NCBI GenBank assembly: GCA_000165425.1 | Contig: CT868318.1 | Span: forward strand, 275,067-339,066 | DNA: 64,000 nucleotides | Source of the DNA: Paramecium tetraurelia | Taxonomy: Eukaryota | Reading direction: 5' to 3' | Shown here: positions 26,069-41,375 of the stretch, piece after piece | Layout: each line of letters begins with the position of its first letter | Numbering within the stretch: the stretch's first letter is position 1 | The notes under the pieces: model-generated | Told to the model about the DNA's origin: nothing | The model's database searches: none | Seen by the model: only the letters and a program-made list of their open reading frames with translations | Made by a program: the position numbers and the translations under genes

Positions 26069-27780
26069 CTCAAATATAAATAAAATTAAGTAATATTTGT
26101 TAAAAGCTTAAATACCATAAATATTAAGATTTTAAACAAATTTCAAATATTAATTTTTACAAGCTCTCTTCAGTTGGTAAAGAATTTTATTAATTAAATT
26201 GAATTTATATAACTTTTAGAAGATAATTTATATATAGCTGAAGCGGTAGACACTCAATTAATCGAATTAAATAGGAATTTTAGTGTTGATTTTATTAATT
26301 AAACATATCAGTAAATTTTATTAAAAAGAATTTAATCTATATTTTTTCTCCAAATGTTAAATTGTAAAAAGACTCCACAAAAACATTCAAATCTGATATT
26401 CAAAATTTTATTAACTGAAGAGCTTTTAGTTTAATTTGTAAATTAATTCAATAAGCAGCCAATTTAAATTTATTAATAAATTATAATCGTATATATATTT
26501 ATAACGATTTAATATCGACATGATAAACTCCGTTAAATATGATCTATGAAAATAAAGTAATTTAATCTATAAATTCAGAGGTAATTTTTTCAACTAATAA
26601 AATTTAAAAAATATTCTGTTGATGCTAAATATTTTCTTTTTCTTGATGGGATATTCTAGTTCTTGAAAAATAAAAAAAATCCTTAAAGTTGTGTTTTATA
26701 AAGAATTTATGAAACAAACTATGTCTATGTCAACTAGAACTATAAATCAGATTAATATAGTTTATCCTTTATACATTGTGATCGATAGGTAATTTGGAAT
26801 TTTCTTATTTTTCTATTGTAAATTGAAGTTATATAGGCTTATTAATCATAAAGTAATCCAATTAACACATTTTATTGAATATATTATTCTAAAATATCCT
26901 TCAAATATACTACTATTTATCTTCATTATTGATAAAAATAAACCAAAAGGGCAAAATTTTTGATTTTTACATAAAATGCACCTTATTTAAATTAAACAAT
27001 CATTATTATTCTAATAGAAAAATTAAGTAATATGATGTATTATTCTCAATAAACATCATGGGATCAGAAAGATCAACTAAATTATTGTTTTCTTTTAAAG
27101 ATTAATTAAATAATGATCTTATTTGCTCCATTTGAATATTGATTTGGACATATTTAGGAATCTTAATTAATTTGTTTGGAGAATGTAATGGCTTAAAATC
27201 ATATTATTATTTTTCTTCTTAAATAATATATAATAAATTAAAATATTTATATAGGAGATAAGTTAATCTATAATAAATAATAGAAGTTTTTTGAATTTAA
27301 ATACATAATTCAAAGCTTTTAAGTGCCAAATCAAAGCAAATTTTGATGTAATACAGGAGTGGAGATTATTTCTTTTGGGATATCCTGTAAAACGAACAAT
27401 TTTTTTTAATAAAAAAGTGAAAAAACGCTTTAAAAAAATAAAATTAATCGAACAAGTCTTTATTTTAAAATGGTTGATTGAGAAAACTAAGCAAGAGGTT
27501 TAGGAAATTGAGTTTTCTTTATTTTATATTTATAAATATCAATTGAGAATAGTTATGCGGGAATAAAATAAAAACCTTGAGATTTTGATCTAGAAGTTAT
27601 AAAATCCTCATTTCTTATTTTAGTACATTATCTAATTTTTTTAATTAGTATTGAATTATACTTGATATAGGTAGAGTCCTTTAATTAAAATATATTTGTA
27701 AAAAATGATAACTGAACAAATTATATTGGACACTTATACGTGAAATAATAAATAAATATTCACAACTCTTAATTCTAACC

Positions 27781-28446
27781 TCAGATTTAGACATTGATTT
27801 TTTGATTTCTGAAAATCTAAGTTTCATCTCTATAATTTATTTGGTTAACATTTTCAATTTTGGACCCTGTGTCTTCATTAAGATAAGCATATGATCTTTA
27901 TTAGATTAATATTTACTCTCCTAAAACGGAATCCCATTTATATCGTAGCATTTTATAATATCTATTTTTAACCATATTGATAGTTTTTGTTGGGAAAAAT
28001 TTAGCTATTTTCATAAACTTAGGCCCAAAATGAAGGACATAGAGTAATATTGATTAGTCCTCTTATGGGGAGAATGGGATGGATTATTAAACTTTCTCTA
28101 TCTACTTGGTTTATATTAATTTTTACCTAATTCTTTGACTATCTTCTCTTCCTCTTCTTAACAACATCAGATTATTTCTTTCTCTTTTTTCTTGGCTTTT
28201 TCAACCCTAAGATTGGATAATCATTATTGCAATAACAATTGTTTTACTAAAGATTGATTTCATCATAGTCTTTTTAAGCAGCTATTCATGTAAATTTGAA
28301 TATTTACAGATTTATGGGTACTCTACTATGCTCTCTTATAAAAAAATGGACATTTATGATTCTTAGAAGAAAATGAGTGGGGATTCAAGATTCTCTTAAA
28401 ATTTTGTAACTATTTCTACCTTAATAGATAATGTGGGCATTTTCAT
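27781..28446 (-). CDS. Single-repeat Myb/SANT DNA-binding protein (tandem paralog)
   Basis: KKPRKKRKK basic stretch, then PFSPQEDQSILLYVLHFGPKFMKIAKFFPTKTINMVKNRYYKMLRYKWDSVLG. Three tiny introns restore the frame. Confidence 0.82.
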
Positions 28447-28900
28447 GTAGCATAGTGGGTCTAAGTAAATTGTAAGAACTAATATTTTATTAAAATTTGA
28501 ACTTTTTATCTTTAACTTTGATTCTATTTTATACTAAAACTGATTATTAAGATTTTTGTGAATAATTATTGATAAACCATAAAATATTAAAGTTTAATTA
28601 TTTTTAATTGCATTATCATTTATTATCCTTATTAATCAATAAGTAAAATTAAGTACCTGACATATTTTTATTTAACATAAACTGAATTCCAATCTCTTCA
28701 AAAGTTAGATGGAGTATCATGTCTAATTCAACAACTCTTATGGAAATATCAAATTAATCATACTTTTCTCAAAAAGGCAATAGAACCCTAAAATTTAATG
28801 TATTAGAGGAGAAACCTAATCAGCAATTCTGAGTGAAAAGTTGATATCAGTTGAAAGAATTGAAATTTAAATTATAAATATAAATATTTTATATATTTTC

Positions 28901-31900
28901 ATGTCTTCTCATGATGTCTATTAAAGAAAAGATTATCTAAATAGAAAATCAACGATAATTATACCAAAGAAATCGCGATTTGATAAGAAATGCGAAGTTT
29001 TGTAGAAGCACTTAGAAATATATAAAACATTTATAAAAACATTGTTAGGATTTGAGTTAGAGGAAGATGAAGACCTCAATTATAATTGCATACTCATGAA
29101 CTTCAAGAAGGAACTCAAAGAAGCTATGGAAATATTCCCTGACTGCGTGATAAGGTTTCACTATCAATCATAATTTTAATTAGTTTAATAAACCCAGACT
29201 TTAAATAACAGAATGAGAATCAAAATTAATATTTGGTTAATACAAGCATTGAATTGTTTGAATTACTATAATCAGGATTGAGAATAAATTAGAAATCATT
29301 AGAGGATCTATTATTATTGAAAGCTATTGAGTCAATCTATTTTAATTTGCCTGTATATGATCATTATTATCACAAAAAAAAGGAATCCACGGCTATTTTT
29401 ACTGAAGATAATCAAGAATAAAGAAAGTTAAGGGATAAAGAAAACCAAAAACAAATTTTATTAGCAGACAAATCAGACATTAGGTATAATCAAATTGACA
29501 AAAATGGTACTTAAACATAATTAGATAGAAATAATTAAAAACTACGTATCTTAATTAGAAAAATAGTTTCATAATTTCCTTTAATAAGATATACATGCAA
29601 ACATAATGGATTGTTTAACTTTAAATTTTAAGGAATTGAAACAGACACCATTAAGAAGATGGAAAGGAGGTCAATTTTTGGAGAATCAAAATGATTTGTG
29701 GCTTAGATCAAGTTCTCCTACTCAAGATGTCTCTACTTTGATTAGAAATGCCTTGATTATTAAACTGAATAAAGTAGGGTTTAATGTTCAATCATTTATA
29801 TCTGAAGATGGCCAAAAGTTCTTTGTGATGCTTAATATGCAAGATTCAAACCTTAAAATAGTTGCTGATTAAGGCCATGTATTAAAATAATTGAATTTTT
29901 GGTTTACAGATTTGTTTTCCTTAGAGCCAGTCGACAAATCGTTTAGACCATTAAGAATTAACAATAGACTGTGGAAGCCTTAGGATTACGAGGTTTCAGA
30001 TTTGTTCTTGTATTTAAAGCCATAAATGATTAAATTAATTTAACAAATAAATTTTAAAAGAATAGCTAGAGAAACAAATCAAAGTTCAATTAATTCATAA
30101 TTATTTGAATATGGAAAATTGGATTTTAGTGAGAAAGACGATGGTCCAACTGATGAAGAATGGATCGCCTATCATAAATATTTGACTCACTTAGAAAAAT
30201 GTATTAGACAATTTAGATAGAGTTAGTTGATAGATAATGAATTAGCTGCTTTACTAAATAAATAAATAACTCCTCTGTAAATTTATCAGAAACGAAATTA
30301 ATCCAATAAAGAAATTCAAAATTTGAATTACTAAAATTTGCATGAGCCTAGATATTATGAGCATCTGGAAATTATTAATCAAATTGAGAAATAAGCAGAA
30401 AGAGTTATGGATGAATTTTCTAATTTTTAATTTTCATTACAAATTCCCAAAGTAAAGGCACTAAAATTATTGAAAAAAGAATCAGTTTCTTTGAATTATC
30501 TCTACTCATTTTAAGAGGCTCTTAGAGTTGCAAATGGGGAGTAAATTAAATTATATAACTTATGGGAAAGATCAGAAATGCCACCATTTGATATGTATCA
30601 TCCTTATCAAATGCCTAACAAATAAAATACAAAAACATAATAAGCAAAATAAGAATTAAGCTGGACGAAATATGTTAAGAATGAGAACAATGAGATATCA
30701 CTATTTTCATCTTAAGAGAGATTAAAATTAGTTTATCAAAAAGTGTTCCAAGAAATAGATCTCAGTATAATGCATTAATTAGGTATCATTAGATAGATAT
30801 TCTGTCTAAATGATAATTATGAATTATTTGGATAATGTAGTAACATATAGGCTTAGATAACTTTGGACACAAGATTTTTTAAGAAGAAGTCATTCTAATT
30901 GATAGATGAATGGAAACTTGATTATTTGAGACCTTGGATTAGTCCTTGTGATTTAATTTGTGGATATTACGGAGAAAAGATTGGTCTCTATTTTTACTTC
31001 ATGAGCTATTTTACTGAAATGACTACTCCCATTGCTATATCAGGTCTTGCATGTAGTTTGATCTAATGGATAATCTGGGATAATGAAAGTGACTTTTATA
31101 TTTTGATTACTATGATATTTGCCTTTGTTTAAATATAATGGAGTAATGTCTTTACAGATTTATGGAAATAAAAACAAATCTTTTTTAATTTAAAATATGG
31201 TTAAAATAACTAAGATTAATAATAAGTTTAAAGATCGAAATTTAAAGGCAAACACATAAGATCTTTAGTTAATGACTAATTAAACTCTATTGAAGTATTA
31301 TTTGGTGAGTATTTGAAAAGAACCTTGATTAGCTCTATGTTACTGTTTATTTTTATATTATTTTATATCGGTATCATAGTCTCCTTATTCGTATTTACAG
31401 TCTATTTGCACAACAAATACTCAGAGGAACTTAAATAGATGGATGTTGCTACAATAGAAGTCACATCTGCTGCAGCTATGAATTTCATAGCTTAATAGCT
31501 TTTTGATATTATCTTTGATAAAATTTCTAGTTAATTAACCGAATATGAGAATTACAAAACAGTTGATGCATATGAAACAAGCTTTGTATTAAAAAAATTT
31601 ATTTTTTAATTTTTCTCTTATATTGCTCCACTTTTATTTTTAGATTACTTGAATAGACCATTAAATTTGTATTGTTCAATAACAAATTGTGAAAGACATG
31701 TTAAGTATTACTTTTCAACAATAGTTATTTTGATTTTGTTTAAGTAAATTGTGAAATTTGGTATTTTTTTATTTAAATTAACAAAAATTAAAATAAAATG
31801 TTATGATTACAATGAAAATGAAATAATGGATTTTGTTGAAGAGTAATCATCAAGATAACCTTACTCTGAAGATTTCGAGAGATATGGCACAATGCAGGAT

Positions 31901-34900
31901 TATATGGAATTATTTGTACTGATATCTTTTTTAAGTATTTTTGGATATACATTTCCATTTAGCTTTTTCATTTTATGGATTTCAAATATAATGTAAATAT
32001 AAGTTAAGAAAAACACATTCCTTTATTATATACAAAGACCATGGCCTAAAAATGAATTTTCTTTAGGAATCTGGAATAATTTTCTAGAAGTTATCAGTTT
32101 ACTTTGTCTGTTAACAAATACTGGTGTTATTACAATTTAATATAATAAAAAATATGGCTACGAAATTATTTTAGTATTTTTGTCTATTTTAATATTTAAT
32201 TGCTTTGGGAAATTCTTTATTGGTGTAATATTTGGATAAATACCCGACGCTTTGAGTGATTTAATGAAGAGACATAAATATTTGATAAAAGCAACTATTC
32301 AAAATAAAATTAAAGAAGGAAAATCTTAAGAAAATAAAGATGCTTTAAAAAGATTTCCTATTTTGAAGGTTTATGGCACATTAAACTCTGCTGAATCAGG
32401 AAAATTTGAAACAATAAGTTCCGATGATGAATTACATGATCATTATGAAATCCCAGAAGTCAAAGAAAAAGTAAACCTTATTAAAGTGGAATTATATACA
32501 AAAAACTTAGATAAATAGTATTTAGGAGAATTTTAATTTACTAAAATTCTTGAGTATTTTAGTTAAAGGGAATAAAATTGGGCTTTCAGATGTGTATTTA
32601 AGGATTAAACAGAAAAATAAAAGCTAAGGTTACTATTAAAAATTTATTCATTATTATACAAAGCATAAGTCTTAACAAAATATAGATAACTTTGGACTGA
32701 TGTGAGAGTATCTCAAAGATTCATTCACATGAGAAGGAAGATAATTTAATTAAGAAATTTAGATTATAGAAGATATTTGATATACTCCTCAAAACTCAAT
32801 TAAATGAAAACTTATTATGATGAAAAAGCTCAGCAAAAATTTAGAAAGGATTTTCAATTAATTGGATAAGCGAAGGATGAAAATGGAGATGAAAATATAG
32901 AATATACAAATTTAGTTAAGAAATAACAGAAATATGTTGAGAAACATGCTTGGTTAAATACAAGAAAAGTGGTTATGTTTAAACTAAAAGCATTGACTTT
33001 TAAAGGATTTAGAAAGCAAGTCATCAAGAAACCATCTTTATAATTAATTTAAGAGTTTTATAAAATTACTTAAATTATCGAAGATCTTGAACCAGAAAAT
33101 CCTCTGTAACCATAATTAGATTCTTAAATTGATTATTCCACGCTAGATAAAACACAATTCATCGATTTTATTGAGATTTTCAATCATATAGAATTAAAGT
33201 AATAATAAAATTTTAATTTTAAGATAAAAAGTTTAATGGTTTTTACCTCTCAGTTCTAAAAGAAATAATTCATCAAATTATTATGTTGAGGAAATGAAAT
33301 CAGCTGAATATAAAAATATAGTTGATTAATGCAAGGATTCTTCTATTTTTTAGAAAACTACAATTTTTCTTGAAGACATAATACTCTAATATTTCTAAAT
33401 AGAGTAATTTCCTATTCCATAAATCTAATTCATCAAGTATATGCATGACAATATCTGGATAGTCAAACTTGGTTAATCAGATGTAATTTCCTTGTTGCAG
33501 TTCTTCTAAATAAAACATGGAGAATAGATTCATCTACAAAAGTATACCGATAATCACGAAGGTATATTATATACTGAAAGCAAGACCTATTATAGAATGG
33601 TCAATCTTGTTGATCAGATAGATGACTTTTATATTAAGGGTTACTGTATTTGTATTTATAATGCTTTCGAACCTAGAAGTTTCTTGCAAGTATTAAAATA
33701 TCGAAAAACTTATGGAATACCTTATTCCGAGGCAGAAATAAAATAATTTCTCCATGCTGCCTTAAATCTATTGAAAGTTGCTGATTTTAAAAGCTTGTCT
33801 AGTAGAAATATTTTCTTAATCAGAGGAGAGTATCATATTTTAAATTCAATGACGAAAAACCATTCTTTTTTTGAATTGGGGAAAATTGTTTTATCAATGA
33901 TATATTTAGAGGAGATAGATGACATAAAACCATATTTTGAAAAGTTGTAACATCCTTTGAAATGGCTGATTAATGAATTATTATTTTTAGAAGATAATCT
34001 TCAAAAACTTTAAGATTTTATTCAAAAGTAATACTGCTTTACTGATATTAAATTTGAAATTGAACAACAATAGAAGCAACAGTAAACCTAAGGATTAAAT
34101 TACTAAGCATTTACATGGTCAATGCTTCACAAAGTAAATTTAAATTATAGAATGAAATAATTTAATGATACTTTGCATTTAACTTAAGAATTTGAAGATT
34201 ATATAAGGAAAGAGGTTTTTGAAATTCACGCTAACACATTTTCTTATTTTTGTATCCACTTAATAGAAGATTTAAATTCATATTTGTTATCATCACATTC
34301 CCTCAAAAGAAATCTTGACTTGATATTAATATATTACTATTAGATAGCAACAAAGCTTCAATTAAAATATGATGTATCTAAGTAATTGAATTATATTATC
34401 GAAAATCTAAAATAGCTATCATTTGAATTAAAAATCATTATAAAGTAACTGACTTCAAATATCAATGTTGCGAATTTAAATCAAACAGAATAATGTATAA
34501 TTCTTAAAACAATATAGGGTGATACAGATCAATTTTCATAATTATTATCTAAGTCAAGATAATCGTTGCTTTAATAATTAAGAAAAAATCTAAATCTTAT
34601 AGACAATATATTGGTGTTTGAATAACAAGTAAATCGATTTTTAAATTAATTCTATGCACTATTTACTTTGTAATAATATTTTTTAGAGCACTATGAATTT
34701 GCAAAATTAACAATTTCTACAGTAATTGAAACCTAACAAAAAATAATGCATAAATAAAAGTTACCTGAAATTTTAAGTGAAGCCTAAGAGTTAAGTCCAA
34801 GTCAATTTAACTTTGATTAATTAAGTCCTGGAATGGAAAGGGAAGAATAAGAAATAATTCAGGAGGATATATGGGTTTTTAGCATACATTAAGAAATAAA

Positions 34901-37803
34901 ATAAAATCCTTTATATGCTATCTAGTATATATATTATCTCTACTTACAAGTAATTATACTACACGATTGTAAAAATGAGTTATTTATCATAAAATAATAA
35001 GAGTTTATTGATTACAACTTTAAAGATATTCCATCATACACTTATTTTCAGTAATTGATTTCATCCTTAAAAATTGATTTTGAAATTAATTCAAAAAATG
35101 AACAATTTTATTAGGAAGAATCTAAATGTGAACTTGGATAGTACAATGTTTTATGGATTAAAGCAAAAATCGAAAATAAATAATATGAATAATCATAACT
35201 TGAAGAATCTACTAATTTAGAGTTTAATTGGAGACAAATATTTTCATATAATAATTTAAAATGTAGTGCTAAAAACAAAAGAGTTCTGCTTTATATCTTG
35301 AATCAACCTTCAACTAATGAGTAAATGAAAATTCTATTGAATATCAGAGTCATTCATTTCCTTCTAAAATTGTGTGACTATTGTCCCACTAATCAGAAGT
35401 TAAGAATAAATATCTTGAACAAAGAATAATTAGGGGAACAAAATTTAGAAAACTAATCAAAAATCTTATAATTACAATCATTACACAAGCAATATGCTTA
35501 AGGAGTAAGGATAGATTATTTTTCTAACTAAAATAATGAAAGCTCATCATGGTTATTTCATTAGGGGCTTTTACCTTTAAGAATCTTTATCTATTAGTCT
35601 TATTGTTACACCTTTTCTAAAAGACACTTTGAAAATATTACTACTTATATCAATTACAAGGAGGATATATTCACTTAAATATCACAATTAATGATTTAAG
35701 GAGACTCAATCTTCTATAAAGCAAAGAATTATTAGATTCTTCAAATACCTATTGACAATATGCTAATTAATATTCAGTCTGATTATTTTAGCTATCATTA
35801 ATATTTTTTGACTCAAACTAGAATAATGTTACAATAAAAAAAGAAACTAATGGATATTTATAAAAGTTTTGAGCAATACATGAACGAAATGTTTAAAAAC
35901 TCCGTATTCATTTTGGGGTTAATATAGATATACTACGAATTCGAAGAAATAGATATGGCGAATTTAATGATTTCTTTTACTAAAAAATTAATAGAAAATA
36001 ATGCTATTATTTTAAATGATTAACATGAAGGATTTTTAAAAGATTTACATATAGTAGAAGCTGTTATCAAATAAAAAGGCTAATAGTTGATTAAAAGTCC
36101 ATATAATAGACTCTACCATAGAAATGACTTCATAGATTATTTTGATGATGAAACCTTGAATGCAAGATATTTTCTTTTTAATCTACCTTATTACTTTAAT
36201 ATCAAATTTTCGCAATCTATTATGGATGACTTCTTAGTTGTTAACTTTTTAAAGCTGTCTCCAACTTTGTAATAAATATTTAAAACTGCTCATTGCTCAG
36301 TCAAAGCAGAATGTGGAGATGAAGAAATCTTAACCTAATTAAAGATGTATTATTATATATTATTGTAGAGTATCAGAATATAAATTTATTGAAGGATGTT
36401 TAACATGGGCCTTTCATAATCATTTCATGTGTAGATACTATTTATACATGATAGATATGGAAAAGGCATATGATTATTCAATTTTATTGTTGTCTTATTT
36501 ATTTTAACTTGATCTTCAGCAAGGTTTTTATATAAAGGAGAATAAAATTGGATATAAATATCAATATGTAATATTCATCATAATTTAAATTTAGACATGT
36601 GTTCAGTCAGAAAAGAATATTATCAAAAAAATATGCCAGCCTAAACCGATTCTAATTACAGAGTCAATTGAAGATGATCTATTTGATAATGTAATTGATG
36701 AATTCTTTATTATGGAATGCATAATAAATCATCTAGAAATTCTATCAAAAAGCAAATTTTAAATTCCATCTCTAAGTATTTTACTCTAATTTCAACTGAA
36801 ATTATAAATTCAAAGACATAAAATCTAATTCTGGAATGTTCTTGCTCATTTTTTACAAAGAATAGCAAAAGAGAATTTAATTCCTGATATATTATCACAG
36901 CTTCAGGAAGTCAAAAAAGAGCGACTTCAGGAACTAAAGGAGATTAAGAAATAAATTAAAAAGAAAAGAAATGCAAAAATTTTACTAAGAGAAATTACTT
37001 AATAGGAATTTGATGAATTTGATTATCAAAATAATCTAATTACATTTTAGTTTAACATCTACAAATTAGATGAAAATTCAAACGATAAATTATTTATACT
37101 GTTCTCTTGTTAAGCTGCCGATAGAGCCTTAACAGGATATTCAAATTAATGTAGAGATAAAACAAAAACAAATAAATTTCAAATGAGTTAGTTGAAACTA
37201 TTGTTAGTGTAGAACTATATATGGTTGAATCAAATTGGAAATGCTACAACAACATTAAGTGATGTTGAGGATTTAATGGTAGAATGGTTTGGTAAGATCA
37301 AGCATCCATTAAAGGGCCTCTATTTTTATAATTTTGGATTAATTAAGATTTCGTTTTATCAACAAATCCTTAAGACATTGGAAATATTTATTGAGGCAAA
37401 TGCATTCAATTTAATGGAGATGAGATTAATAATTTAAGGATTGACAGTTATGAAACCTTTATTATGGAGACATATAGATATGTTCAATGCAGGCTAAATA
37501 TAAAGTTTGATTCCTTTTTTTAAAAACTACATGTTGGAAGTTGGAGATGAATCCATTTTCGACTGTCCAAAAACGCATTATTCAGTGAATGATGCTGTAA
37601 TAATTTTAGATGGAGTTTTGTAAAGTAATATGGCATATGATTTATCAGGAATAACAGAATTTATTGATGTAAGTTTATTAGTTCTTATATATTAGGCTGA
37701 AAACTGTTTTAAATTGTTCGAGACAGATAATTTCCTAACCAAAGAGATATCAAATTTGATCTTCAAAATTTAGAATGAGAAATTGAAAAAATAGGGAACT
37801 TGA
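28901..37803 (+). CDS. Giant anoctamin/TMEM16-family protein (~2900 aa) with a long C-terminal extension including a degenerate kinase-like region
   Basis: Anoctamin motifs at ~30930-32260: GYYGEKIGLYFYFMSYFT, ENYKTVDAYETSFVLKKFIFQFF, TMQDYMELFVLISFLSIFGYTFP and QRPWPKNEFSLGIWNNFLE. The frame stays open through tiny introns to TGA at 37801-37803. Confidence 0.85.
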
Positions 37804-37891
37804 TTTGTATTGATTGCTTAAGGTTTTAATATTATTTCAAATGAGGAAATGAAACTTGTTATTTTAATATTTTATTATTAATATAATTAAA

Positions 37892-40695
37892 ATGGCAAGG
37901 GCTCCAGAAGAAGGATTAAGTTTACCAGCTTTGAACAAAGAAATAGATCAATATTCAACAGATCCATAATTTATACAATAAATTGAAAAGCATTTTCAAG
38001 ATGTTGTTAGAGATTTTAGTGGGGACCCTGATTTAGAATTATTCAAGATAAAATATGAAACTCTTTATAATTCTCTCAAAGAAAGTTATGAAAATGAAGT
38101 GAGATGGACTAAAAAGTATTTTGAGTGAAATATTTAGATGCAAAGAACATAATAGTGAGATTGTAATCTACACATCCAAAGTTCAAATGTCTTTAAAAAT
38201 GATTAATGATGATAATCAATAATCAGAAAGCTTTTAAAAAGAATTGGAGGAAAAATGGAGAAAAATTGAAGATCTAAAAATTAAGGAGAAGGAACTTAAA
38301 GAAAGAATAGTGTAAGCAAAAATTGAAGTTGAAAATGTAGAATATATATATAATACCTTAGTTAAAAAAACAATGCGATAGAGTAGTTGAGGATATTGAA
38401 GAGTAAAGCTAGATATAATTAAATGATAAAAAGAGATTAATAGACGAAATTAAGAAGAGTAATAATAAATAAAATTTTAGATTTTTAGAGTGCGAAATCC
38501 AAATTTGAATATTTAGAGTAACAGAACAAAAATCTAAAACATGATCTCGACAATGAAGAAAAATAATATTAGGATTAAATTTAAAAGATCAGTGATTTAG
38601 AGGATAAAATTGCTAAAATTGATGCTGATTCCAAAGAATAAGAAAAGAGAAAGAAGAAAAAAGAAGTAAAAATGGCTGAAATTAAATAAAAAATTGATCT
38701 AGCAAAAAAGGAAATAGAAGAGAAATAGTCAAGAATTCATGATATCAAAAAATAAATAGTTTCTACAAACAATAATATATTAATTAAAATCAAAGAAAAA
38801 GAAAGTTAGCATACTAAGTAAAAGGAGGCCGAAGACAAATTTGCTGCTGCTTAAAAGGATAGAGAAAATTAAGGCGAACAATTAAGGAGTTATAAAGAAT
38901 AAATTAAAATATAATAGGAACAATTAGAAAAGTTATAAATCGAAATCTAAAAAGAAAAGAAGGAAGTAAAGAAAACACATAAAGAATAAGAGATAACAGC
39001 TAAAGAAAAAAATAGAATCATAAAGGAAAAGGAAGAATAACTCATTGAAAAAAACACTAAAGAAATGTTAATTGAAACAGAAAAGATTGAATTACAATAG
39101 AAGAAGGATGTATTAGACAAAATAAATGATCAAAATAGTCAAAGAATTAAGTCAAGAACATAATAATAAAAAACTTTAAAGAAACAAGAAGATGTTTAAC
39201 ATTAAACTGATGAAGAGATTGTGAATAAAGTAAATAAATTGAAAAAAGTAGAAAATTAAGTGATGGGATACGAAGCTAGCAATGAAAGAATAAATAAAAT
39301 GATTTTACAATTATAAAGAGAATAAGAAAAGTATGGTATAGAGGCCTCGTAAGCTCATGCTAAGTTCTATTAGACTGTAGAAGAAGTTAAGATAAAAAAT
39401 AATTAGATAGCTGAATAATAGAAATAAATTGCTGAAGCTGAGGCTAGATTAAAACATTAACAATAATTATATGAAACAGTAAGAAGTGATAGAAATCTTT
39501 ATTCGAAAAATTTATTAGAGAGTCATAATGAAATCTAAGAACTAACTAAGAAATATACTAGAATGAAGCATTAAGTCGATTAATTAAAAGAGGAAATTAA
39601 AACAAAGGATTAACAACTAGTAAAAGAGGACCTTGAATTTCATAAGGTGGAAGAAGAAAATGCAAAAATTGAATAAGATAAGGCTAAAGTTGAAAAAAAC
39701 ATCAAAGCAGATGAAGATTTAATTAAAAATTAAGAGAGTCATATTTCAAGATTAAAAAATATTATATAAGGAGCTTAAACTGAAAAATAAAGATAGTAGA
39801 AGGACTATGAAATGGTGGTTAATGAAAGAGATATCCTAGGAACTTAATTAATCAAAAGAAATCAAGAATTATAAGTTCTTTATGAGAAAATTAAGTTAAA
39901 CTAATCAAGTTTGAGCAAAGGAGAAATTAATTTTAGAGAGAGAGAGATTGAATTAAAAAGTTTAAAAGATGAATTAACAAATTTAAGAAATGAATTAAAA
40001 GTAAGAATTTATATAAAAATAAGTCCACTTAAGACCAAACTGCTTGTATTGATGAACTAAGAAAAGAGATTAATAATATTGAAAAGGAATTGCTAAATGA
40101 AAAAAATAAGGTCAAAGCCTTATCAGATGAATTGGAAAATCCTATGAATGTACACAGATGGAGAAAACTTGAAGCTACAGATTAAGAGAACTTTGAGAGA
40201 ATTCTAAAAATTCAGACTTTGTAAAGAAGATTGATTGCAAAAACTGAAGAAGTGAATGAAAAAGAAAATTTAATTAAAGAAAAAGAAAAATTGTTTATGG
40301 AGCTGAAAAACATATTATCTAGACAACCAGGAGTAGAAATACACTAATAGCTTGCTCAATATAAGGAATCCTTAAAAGAAAATGCAGCCAAGATGAAGAC
40401 AACCTTAAGCCAATTAAAGCAAAGTCAAGATTATGTAAGATTATAAATTAAAGAAAGGTCGATATGCTAAAATTCGAAATTGATAGAATGAAGGGTGATT
40501 TGTAGGAGATGAAAAAAACATATTTTTCAATGAGAAAAGCAAAAGATAATGTATTTTGATATTTTAGTTTAGGATTTACTTTAAAATGACTAGAATGGAG
40601 AATAAGATATGCCCCAAAATAATGGAGGAGCCAATTAGAACGACTTGCAATCCTATGCATTATTTGGAGTTAATGCTAATAGAATAGGAAATTGA
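37892..40695 (+). CDS. CFAP58: Cilia- and flagella-associated coiled-coil protein 58
   Basis: QQLYETVRSDRNLYSKNLLES, YEMVVNERDILGTQLIKRNQELQVLYEKIKL and ELENPMNVHRWRKLEATD. Extended coiled coil with several introns. Confidence 0.9.
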
Positions 40696-41375
40696 ATTTA
40701 ATTTATATAAATATATTATTAATATTATTTACATGTGCTTACCATTTGACAATAAAAAACCTAATACCTTTTAAGGAAAGAGATCAGTTTTTCAGTTGTA
40801 ATTGATTGCTTTTATTTAACTGGCTTTGTTATTTGCCAGATAAGTGGCCTAATTTGAGTTAGGAGAATTGTTTGAAATATTTTTCATTATTCTATTGTGG
40901 TCAGCTTGGTCTTCTTTAGGAAGTTGCTAATGCCTTTTCTATATAGTTATAACTTTATATTATGTATTCATCATAATTACTCAAGATTTTATTAAAAGGA
41001 CTATATTTTGCTACTCGTTTTTAGAATGAATTACCCTTATTAGGAGAAACTGGAAGAGAAAAGATTCTAGCCGTTTTGCATTTGGCAACACTATTTTTCT
41101 ATATAATTGCTTAATATATTGTCTTTTTGGCTTATAAAGAATTCGTGGCTTTGGAAATGGAGAAAGATTACACAGTTGAAGAACCTGAAAGTATGGATTA
41201 ATTTACATTAAGGGAGACCTTTGCAATAAAACGAAAGAACTTAATAGCCCATAGTTGTAAAAAACTCTGCGTTTACAGGAAAAGGAATAACTATAGGTTG
41301 ATACAAATTTATTCGTTTAGATATTATATAATTGTTAAAATAAGATGCAATAATTTGTAGTTGATATTAATTATT

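Noticed and set aside
40730..41330. Possible minus-strand gene between CFAP58 and the PAS protein
   Set aside because: Intron-like signals exist, but I could not build a consistent, recognisable model.
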